Source: Fimicolochytrium jonesii
Lineage: Eukaryota
Reading direction: 5' to 3'
DNA length: 64,000 nucleotides
Assembly: GCF_025526975.1 (NCBI RefSeq)
Contig: NW_026515680.1
Span: forward strand, 124,001-188,000
The translations under genes and the position numbers were made by a program. Below the pieces are notes generated by a model. The model ran no database searches, was not told the DNA's origin, and saw nothing but the letters and a program-made list of their open reading frames with translations. This document shows positions 14,636-23,458 of this stretch, piece after piece. How positions within the stretch are numbered: position 1 is the first letter of the stretch; each line of letters begins with the position of its first letter.

Positions 14636-14968
14636 TTACCCTTCTGTTTCGGGTTTAAATGCCGAGACGTGAATTATTGCGTCCGCAAAGTCGGACCACT
14701 GTTGTAGGATTTCTCTCGTGTCCTTGACGTCGTATCCGCAGTCATTGAGCGCTTCTTTGATGGATTTGAGGTAGATGCGGGGGTATTCCGCTTGAAGTGT
14801 CCAAGCTAGTCGCTCGAGACGGGCTTCATTCTCGCGCCTCTTCCTCTCGATTTCGGAGTCTTCGGCAGTTAGCTGCCGTCGCCCTTTTTTCGAGGAAACG
14901 CTAAAAGGGTTAATAGCCAAGGCTCCCTCAGCGCGGCGAGCAATGGCTCGAGGTTCCCTCCGAACCAA
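14636..14968 (-). pseudogene. Fragment with CUE-like ubiquitin-binding domain
   Basis: LAWTLQAEYPRIYLKSIKEALNDCGYDVKDTREIL fits the L..(M/E)(F/Y)P......I...L.....DV......L pattern. Confidence 0.5.
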
Positions 14969-17493
14969 GGCGGTGGTCTCGGCGGGCTGTTCCTCATCAC
15001 CGTCGTAGAATTCCTCCTCCTTATCATCACCCTCCTCTTTAACACGCGCAGGACTGTCGTCCTCATATTCTTCGACCCTTGATGCGAGCCCAGATCATGT
15101 ACCCGGGTCCATAGAGGATCGCAATCTTGGGGCTGCAAAGCCACGTAAGATAAAGGCAATGCTTGTCGTTTATGAGTGCATAAGGCACCGAGACCGAGAC
15201 AGCGCTTAATCCCGCGATCGGGTGCAGAATCTCTTCACCGGGCCGAAGAAGAAGCATGCCCCCCCCCCCCCCCCTCCCCCGCTCCCGGAAAGAGAGTGGG
15301 GGGGGGGGTGATTGCTCTGATCGTAAGAAGACGTAAGCGATGTGATTCCGCCATCCTGGTGTATACTGGTTGGTGAGGTCGAATTCTTGCAAAGTCTTCT
15401 ACCCGTCGGCGAGCGCGGGGTCCATGGACTTTTGGTCGTGCCATGTCGATAGCGTACCATTTGCGGAGAACGCGGGTCATCCTTTCGCTGGTCGGAGGAA
15501 AGCCCGTATCCTTGTTGAAAGACGGCCAGAATGGGCACTAGCTCTCCTTCTTCGTGGCCGTACACCAGGATATTTCCGGCCACCTCGCGGTAGCCAAGGG
15601 CGTCCTCCTCAGCGTTAGTGCGGAGATGGGCGTCCGCGGGGAGACCATCTGCTTCGGTGGGTTTCCTGCAGAGATTGCGCTTGACGTTGAAGTTGCTCAC
15701 GTAGATCTGCGTCTCAGCAGACCATCTGGCTAGCTCATTGGTCAAGCAGGCTCCGTACCGCTTTTCGTCCATGTCGCAATGGGCGCTGAAGAATCGTTCC
15801 ATCAGATTTGGCGTGGACACCATGGCAGTGTACGGTCCTGGCTGTCGCGTAGATGGCATGACGCAGAGTGGCTGTTCGAGATGTCGGTGACCATGACTTG
15901 CTGTGCTTGCAGATGTATCAAGCTTTGGCGATCAGAGTAAATCATCGGAACGGTCAGCCAATGAGGCTTCGATCGTGGATTGTGCTCGTAAGTTGTGAGG
16001 AATCTCGGGAGCTCCCCCTCCTCCGGCTCCGCCTCCACGGGGCGGAGCACCTGGACCGGCATCCCCACCGTTTCCGTCACCGTCACTCTCTTCATCCGAG
16101 GACGACTCTTCCATGTGCTTCTTTAAGTACGCGAGTCGTTTCTTCAATTTATCCCTCTCGTTTCGCTCGGCCGCGTCGCTGCGGCGCTTTGCTTCCTTCA
16201 TCTTTTCCTTCGATACACACTCTTGCTCTTATACCTCGACTCCGACACTGCCTTGCAACCCAGGTAGTCCGCCTTAACCATCAACGCCTCGAAAGACCCC
16301 TTCTTCTTCTTTGATCTCGAGAACCTCTCTTGCGTCGTCGCCAGATGCTTTGCCAGGTTTTTGTGGTTGTCTTTCCGGTACCGCAGCGTCGCAATCTCGG
16401 TCGCCACTCGCAATGCTTCTCTTACACGGTCGGGAAGTCACTCGCGGCTGCAGCGGAGGATGCGCGCGTCGAGCGCGTAGTTGGTTTCGAGGGTCCCGGC
16501 GGTGGTACAGCTGGAGGAAAGCTCGGCTTCAGAGTCTTGCGGGCTGTCTGCTTCTTCTTGCCGTCTTTGCCGTCCCCGCTCTTTCTTGCCACCGTTCGCC
16601 ATACTTTCGCGTATCGACTGGTTGTCTGGGTTACTGGAGTTGAGTATGGGAACGTTGGTCTTAGCTCTCTGGGGCGACTGTCAGACGTCTGTTGTTTTAT
16701 ACTTGCGGCGTTTCCCTCGCCAAACATTGGGGCCTGTTTTGTTGGAGAACGTCAGCCGTAAAAGTGGTCGGGAATATGACTGGGTTGAGTATGGTCCTGT
16801 GCAAGCGGGCACAGCCCTTGAACTGGAGCTCTTCTTCGGAATCTGAATTGGGATCGTATTCGGAATACGTGCGTCGTCGATGTGGTGAAAAGAACAGCAG
16901 GATGGTTCTTATGATTCGTAATGTCAAAATCCTCACATTTAACGAGAGCTGAGAGTTCTTGTTCGCCGGTATCTAGCACAATTGGGGATATGGGACGGCG
17001 GTGGCTACTTGAGCTAGCTCACCGACATCTTCTTTTCTGCCATAAGGAGGTATGCATGTAGCAAGTGATGCAGGAGGACAGCGAGCAGTTGAGATCGAGA
17101 TCGGGCTGGATCCTTCATCGCCTTGCTGATATTGATATAAAAGCCCGTCTGTTTCCCCGTGCTCCTAAAACCCGATGTGGCAGTGCTCTTTTCCAGCTTC
17201 CGTCGTCTCCGTCGCCACCGTCGTCCATACCAGCCGCTAGTGCCTCATCGACTAGCTGAGTAGCCGGCGTCGTGATGATCCACTCCATATGTGGTAAACC
17301 CTGTCCTCGACGTGCGGTTGCAGGCTCGTCCCTTTCCATCTGATCAAAGCCTATTCCCGTGTAGTCGGTTAACTCGTTTTCGAATGCTTGGGTTCGGGCG
17401 GGTGCTATACCAGGCGTACCAACCGGCTGCATTTACTGTCCCCTCGACAACCCTATTCTGGAAGGCCTGCAGCGCAGCGGAGAAGTCGCCTGG

Positions 17494-17587
17494 GCCCACA
17501 GCACTCCAGTGGTGTTGCAAGCCCAGAGCACTTCAGTGGTGTTGCAAAGCCCCCGGCACTTCAGTGGGGTTGCAAAGACCATAGCAC
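17494..17587 (+). repeat. Tandem 27-28 bp repeat, 3 copies plus a partial
   Basis: gcccacagcactccagtggtgttgcaa / gcccagagcacttcagtggtgttgcaaa / gcccccggcacttcagtggggttgcaaa / gaccatagcac. Confidence 0.9.
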
Positions 17588-19263
17588 GGTACGTTGGTTG
17601 TCAGATTCCATAGCTCTCCAAAGTCCTTAGGCATTCCTCGGGATTGCAAAGTCGTCTGCACCGCCAGGATCCTCGACAATCGCTCCCGATGGTCTACGCT
17701 TTCCCCCACAAGTCGGGCGTGATCGGAGAAAGCGCAGACCATTGGCAGACCTGCCGTATAGACGACGGGAACAGCGCATCGTCAGCACCCCACGCCCCCT
17801 CCTCTCCTTGAGTGATGTCGCCGCTCTCCGTCTCCCCATGCGAGCTGGCCTCCTCTGTCTCCATGCCGGAGATCTCCTCCTCCTCCGTCTCCTCGGCCTC
17901 GTCATCCTCACTGGGGGTATAGGTTGACCCCCCAAGCTCGCTTTCCCTGCTGGCAGATGGCGAGGTCACGGGGGCCGTCGACCTGGTGGTCCGGCGAGTT
18001 GGTGACACCGGTTCGGGGGAGGTTTCCGGAACAAACTCCGTGCCTTCCGACTCTGACTCTACGCTGGTCACCTCGTCGGACAGGACCCGTTCAAAACGAG
18101 TACGCTTACAAGGGGTGGGACGAGCCATGGTGAGGGTTGGTGCGGTGGAGAGGGGATGTGAAACGGGGAGTGTAGCGATCGCAGCGGAAGTGAGGAGGGT
18201 CGCGAACGGGAAACCAAGGTACGATTCAATGAGATCACAGGCATCCTCGATGGACTCTGCGCTAAGCAACCGCTCCTGCAGTGTTTGAAGCGGTCCCATC
18301 AAGCCTCGGTCTTTGATGAATTTCCAGAAAAGCTTGGCGAGTTTCTGGCAATCGGGTGCCGATGAAACTAGGCCTTCTCCATCCAAGCATTGGAGAAGCC
18401 CGCCGTCCCGGTAGCATTCTCATATGCCCTTTACCTCTGCAGTTCCTCCATTCGCCGACGCTCCTGCTCCAGGCGCTCCTTTAGAGCGCGGGTTGTAGCC
18501 GCCCTAACCCGGCGTCTTTCCTCTGCCTCAGCTTGCTCACGGGCGGCCTGCTCTCGCAATTCCGCCATGCGTTGGGTGACCTGCTCTAATTCGGCTTGGA
18601 GGGCGGCAGCCTCGGCCTCGGAGTCGTTGGTGTGGTGGACGTTATTGCTCATGTTGATGTCAAGTAAGATGATGTATTGATGTATGTACTGATCGGATGA
18701 GGAGAAGAGGAACTGAGAGAACCACCCCGCCTTTTATAGACTTTCCCCCAGGCCGCCGTCATTTGCCCCCGGATACAAGCCCCCACTGCTCATCATCCGG
18801 ACGGTCCTCATCCTCCAGGTTGTAGTAGCGTCGCAGTGTGTGGACACGTCATCAAGTACTTGGACAGCTCTTCCCTCGTAGATGCCGGCCGACGGCAGCT
18901 CACATCGGCTTTGTTTGAAACGCGCGTACGAGTTTACGTCGGTGAGGATAGCGCTATTTCCCATACTCATGGACGAGCTGAGGGCGTGTCCGAGTGCTGA
19001 TCGGATGGAGGCCCGAGGAGGGTGTGCCCGTTGTGCCGAAGCGCAGGCAAGGAAGCGGTACGGCGCAGGATGTGACGGCCTGTGTGTTGCTTGTGACGGC
19101 GCATCCACTTCTTCTTGTGTTTGCAGTTGTAGAATCCGAGTTTTGAGACTTCTGTGTCATGGGGTTCCACAGGGGGCCCGTCCTCTTCATAACCGGGCAT
19201 CCCGTAGACTTTGACATTCTCGTAAGAGTCTGGAGCAATGCTGTTGAGGGCATGGATCCGGTT

Positions 19264-19692
19264 CTCCTCCCAGTTGGCCAGGATCCGTCCACCGTAAATT
19301 GTCATCCGGTGAACCAACACATTGCGAAACTGTGCATGCGTCAGTGCTACCAGAATTCGCTTGTTCATTGGGATCAATGGATTAGGTTTTCGCTTGACCC
19401 AGACGTGGAAGTCAAACTTCGACAGTATGACTACGTCAGATTTGGCGAGGAAGTCGGCGGTGTGTTTGTGCATCAACTTGATCTCCTTTTCCAGTCTACC
19501 GCGGAGCTCCTGGACCTGCTCCCGTTCAGATTTGCATTCCTGTTGCTCTAGGCTTGTTTTGAGGGAGGGAATGCTGTGACGCAGTTCATCGTATCGCTGG
19601 CGTGTCTCAGCAAGGTCTTCTGCTGTGACAGCCCCGCTGCCCATGTAGACCGGAGCGAAGTGGTCTGAATCGTGTGTGATTACGATTGGCTC
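19264..19692 (-). pseudogene. Fanzor/IS607-TnpB-like RuvC nuclease fragment
   Basis: RYDELRHSI...ELRGRLEKEIKLMHKHTADFLAKSDVVILSKFDFHVWVKRKPNPLIPMNKRILVALTHAQFRNVLVHRMTIYGGRILANWEE follows the Fanzor2/TnpB pattern (R..I...V.E.H...A.FL....D.I.L.KF....M.......R.L....H..FR..L.....G..V....E). Zn ribbon and RuvC-III are absent. Confidence 0.72.
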
Positions 19693-19693
19693 T

Positions 19694-19950
19694 GACGATG
19701 ACAGGATCGGTCCAGATGTCGCCGACTCCCTGCAAATCCGTGACCAAATCCTCCTGGCCCGAGAACTCATACGTCATATGAGTGAAAGCATGGGGCGTAT
19801 TCCTATAGTTTTTAGTGTTGATACCGCCCCCGTTGGAGGAGTGACGTTCGAACGTTCCGGCAAGGTACTCGTCGAGTGCGTACCATTTGCGCTCGCTGAC
19901 GGATTCGGGAACTAGGGAAGCGGCCTCTCCCGTTGCAGTAGCTGCGAGGT
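19694..19950 (-). pseudogene. Alpha-kinase (eEF2K/MHCK family) catalytic fragment
   Basis: Frame without a start codon (not in the ORF track): WYALDEYLAGTFERHSSNGGGINTKNYRNTPHAFTHMTYEFSGQEDLVTDLQGVGDIWTDPVI, matching alpha-kinase 'RNTPQAFSHFTYE.S....LV.D.QGVGD..TDP.I'. Confidence 0.85.
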
Positions 19951-20333
19951 TAGGAGGCCCAGAGGAGCGTGTGGTGTCCAGTCGCTAGGGCTTTATTGCG
20001 ACTGGACGTTGGCAAAACCCTGTTCGGTGGGGGTTTCCTTGACATCGATGTTGGCGGCGCGGGTAGTTTTCGGGTTTTTATTGGGGCAGGCTGTTGATGG
20101 AGGAGGTGGGGGACGTGGTTGCTGCTGCTCCTGACAGGAGGAATCCAACACCTCATAATGCGCTGGTTGCTGGCAAGTGATGAAGACATGGCCGATGGCA
20201 TATCTGGCCAACTGTAGCTCGTTCCGGGTCACGGTGGCGGGCCAGAGCTTCATGTAAGGAAGAAAAGTATGACGTCAACGGCTTATTGATAAACGTCTCA
20301 TGGCTCAGCATCGTCCGTACTTCCTTCCGTCGT

Positions 20334-20558
20334 TCACGCCGTTCGTTTCAGTTCAGCTATCTCTTCCTTTAGCTTTGCGTTCTCGTCTTCCAAAATCTTA
20401 AGTCTCTCCGTATGTTCCTTTACCTTTGCGTTCTCGTCATCCAAAATCTTAAGTCTCTTCACAACAACCGTATGCATCTCACTAATCATACTGCCCATTT
20501 GATGATCGGCAACAGACGCATCCGAACTTGCTCGGAGGGGACAGCCGCTCAACATCAA
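20334..20558 (-). CDS. Short coiled-coil ORF with internal 51-bp duplication
   Basis: KRLKILDDENAKVKEHTERLKILEDENAKLKEEI; duplicated tttgcgttctcgtc(t/a)tccaaaatcttaagtctct. Confidence 0.35.
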   Translation of the reverse strand: MMLSGCPLRASSDASVADHQMGSMISEMHTVVVKRLKILDDENAKVKEHTERLKILEDENAKLKEEIAELKRTA

Positions 20559-21136
20559 AGGTTCGCGACGCAGCTGGTCAATGGAACCGACGAGTCGCAG
20601 AAAATAGCTCCTCCACTTCCGCTCCGATTACATGTCAACCCCACTGCGGATACACCTGCCAGGAAAAAAAAGCTCACCGCGTCTGCAGCACACTTCGCTC
20701 GAATGGCTCATAATAGCTTGTCAAGTACGCCACGCACCCCAATGACATTTCCTTCAACAGCATGAGTGCGGTGAAGGGCGGACGTCGGTATGCGACGTGT
20801 AATCCGTAGCACACTCCGAATCCAAATCCGAAGCAACTCAGAGGTACTGTTGACCAGTAGAGTCTCTTATGCTTGAGTTGCGCACGATGCGAAAGTTGTG
20901 GCAAACTTGGCAACATTTGCTGCAGATGTGCTACACGAGAGGGGATGCCTTGCCGGAACACCTCCACCTTAACTTGCAGTCTGGTGGCCTCATAGGCATG
21001 TCAGTTGGAATCGTAAAAGAAGTGGTTTCCGTTGACCAAGTCGACCCAGTAAAGGACAAAGTGATGGGCACGCGCTCCGTTTGAGCACCCTCGGGGTCTT
21101 GTATGGACGGATGATGGCCTTCGTGGCGTAGTGCAT

Positions 21137-21805
21137 ACCGCCCATCCCGAAACAATCGTCACGCTTGTCCATGGACACCTGCGACAGCACGTCCATGTCG
21201 GTCAAGGTGATCCTCTTGATTTCCTCATACAAGACTCGTGTCCCGCCGTCAATTTTGATTCCCTTGGGAACAATGCAAGAGATAAGCTGGCAGCGGAACT
21301 TGTACGTCTTGGATGCCGGGGGCGGGGCGAGAGGGGTGTCGCGGCCCACATCGTACGCCGGGTCGCTGACGTCGTAGGCGTTGCTTCTCGGATCCCTCTG
21401 AAGTTGGCGTACAAGACGCATGTCGGTTACCCTCAGCGTCTGCCGTGCCGCATGGAACATGGGCAGCCAGGCGTCCGTTAACAGCGAGATGAGCATATCT
21501 TCCGCTCCCACCTGAAGGGCCTCGAGGGCCCCCGGCTGCCACATGTGCGGGTCCGTCAAGCTCACATTGTTGTCAAGTTCGCGGACAAGACGGCCGAATG
21601 GAGCCCGCGGGATAATGGGCTCCGTTCGGCGCTGCTGCTGCCGTATTTCCCGTAGAGCAACTGATAAACAGGTTGATGGAGACGGAAAATGAGATGCCTT
21701 GCTTTCGCTTTCAAATCGGAGCAAAAGAAACAAAAGCAGAAGGATACTCACGAGTTCCAGACGATAACGACAAGGACGACCCCCACGACCCCCGCGACCT
21801 CGACG
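21137..21805 (-). pseudogene. Divergent histone H3 fused to an eroded histone H4-like domain (intron 21751-21661; 1-nt deletion before the intron)
   Basis: RPCRYR(P)GT|LALREIRQQQRRTEPIIPRAPFGRLVRE..WQPGALEALQVGAEDMLISLLTDAWLPMFHAARQTLRVTDMRLVRQL is an H3 fold. Downstream in frame: ISCIVPKGIK..GGTRVLYEEI-KRITLTDMDVL..CFGMGG, resembling H4 IQGITKPAIR..GGVKRISGLIYEET..KRKTVTAMDVV..LYGFGG. Confidence 0.8.
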
Positions 21806-21994
21806 TCAATGTTTCGACAGCCACCTACTTGCACATCGGGCACCTTCCAAGTGCTTCATTGTCTTGGAATAGCAAGTTCTGGAAGCCTCCTCTGCCTCGA
21901 CCTCCGCGACGACCTCCGCGACGACCTCCGCTCCATGATGATCGTCAGGTCCCTCTTCATCGCCTCCTGATCGGTACGCATGGCCTTCAGGTTG

Positions 21995-22056
21995 TCACCA
22001 AGCTCCTGTATGGCGCTGGTCATGTTCACCAAGCTCCTGCATGGCGCTGGTCATGT
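21995..22056 (+). repeat. 31-bp tandem duplication that frameshifts the minus-strand coiled-coil ORF 21995-22336
   Basis: tcaccaagctcctg(t/c)atggcgctggtcatgt x2. Confidence 0.85.
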
Positions 22057-23116
22057 TCGCGAAGGTCTGCATGATGTCGGAGGATGCAAAGGCCCGGAGC
22101 TGATCCACCGCCGCGAGGACCTCTTTCTTGTTTTCGATGATTTGTGCCAACAGCTCGGTAGTATTCATTGTCAGCACGTCGAAATCCCGCTTGGTCTGGT
22201 TCCGGAGGGATTCCATCGCCGCAAGCATCCTGGCGGCACTCGTCGCCATCTTTCTTATCATTTCCTTTTTCTCGTTCGATGTGTGGGTGGCGAAATCATC
22301 TGAATCTTGCTTGATATCCTCCTTGTGCGCTTGCACTCCTCCCGTACTTTGTTCAGGATGGTCAGGACCTTGTCCTCCACAAGACCGCCGAGGTTCCGTA
22401 CCATGGTGCGGAAGTACACGAGCGCCAGGGGAGATTTTTACCGAACAACCTCAGCCGCCGTGGCTAGCAGGCGGAGAGTTTCCTCACGGATCGCGTGCAT
22501 ACGGGCGCGACGTTCAGCCGCCTGCCATTGCCTGCGTTCTTCTGCCGCTTGCTGTGCCTCGTGGAGGAGGGCAGTGTCTTAGCCAGCGCAGCTTGAGCGC
22601 TGGCGGACGCGGTCGGAGGGTGTGAAGACAGATTATCTTTCACCAGCATCGATTTGGGTTTCGTCACCCACCCCGCTCCGAATCAACATCAGGCCAAACA
22701 CAGTGAAGCGAAAGGATGAAGGTGAACCCCAAGGAATGCATCCTCAGAATTAACCTTCCTCCGTCCGCTCATCCGGGCCTCCTGCTGCCGAATGTCGGTA
22801 GGTGTGGGAGGTAGAGGTGGGAAACGATCGACTTCCAATTGGGTTTTCGGGAACTTCAGCGCAGCGTTTTTAACCCAAAGCCCCCCCCCCCCCTCCATCC
22901 TGGATCATAAGTTTGCATACGTGCAAGCCTGAATACATAATAATTGCAGGTAGATGCGTGTGTGAAATCCGCATCCCGATTGATCAGTTGAAGATCCGGC
23001 TCGGTGATCTTGAGATGGCCCAGCTCTCCATGCTGAAATAGATTCGGGTGATTCGCTTTGTCTTCATCTGTCCACTTCAGATCGGCTTGCCGGCCCTCCC
23101 CCCTCGCCGAATGTCG

Positions 23117-23458
23117 TCAGAACATTCGAACGAGGGATACGAAGCACCCATTACATATGTGATGGGTGCCACACGAGCTGACAGTGCGGCACGAGATCCA
23201 AGTGCCGCATATGCAACAATTATGGTTGCTGCGTCCCGGGTTGAAGTAAATGGGCCAGCGGTCCCTAAGAGAAACAGTCAATACCCGTTTATCAGTTGGA
23301 TTACCCCTTCGCCACACCTACCGACAAATGGCACAGCGTGGTTGCCTATGCAAAAAGGTCACCATCTCCTGGACGATGCACGTGCGGCAGTAGAGGTGCC
23401 CGCACCGACCGCAGTGGTTACCGGGGTTGGTTAGACACACGGGACAGGTTGGGGGCAT
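23117..23458 (-). CDS. Small C3HC4 RING finger protein with a second partial RING-like motif (intron 23321-23265)
   Basis: Spliced product MPPTCPVCLTNPGNHCGRCGHLYCRTCIVQEMVTFLHRQPRCAICR|DRWPIYFNPGRSNHNCCICGTWISCRTVSSCGTHHICNGCF; intron gtaggt...attgac...ttag. Confidence 0.75.

Noticed and set aside
15063..15859. SET or JmjC domain ('RPGEEIL', 'ALIND')
   Set aside because: Motif order is inconsistent with SET and no HxD/E..H set is visible; left unassigned.
17494..17587. CRISPR-like array
   Set aside because: Repeats are directly adjacent with no unique spacers; eukaryotic context and no cas genes.
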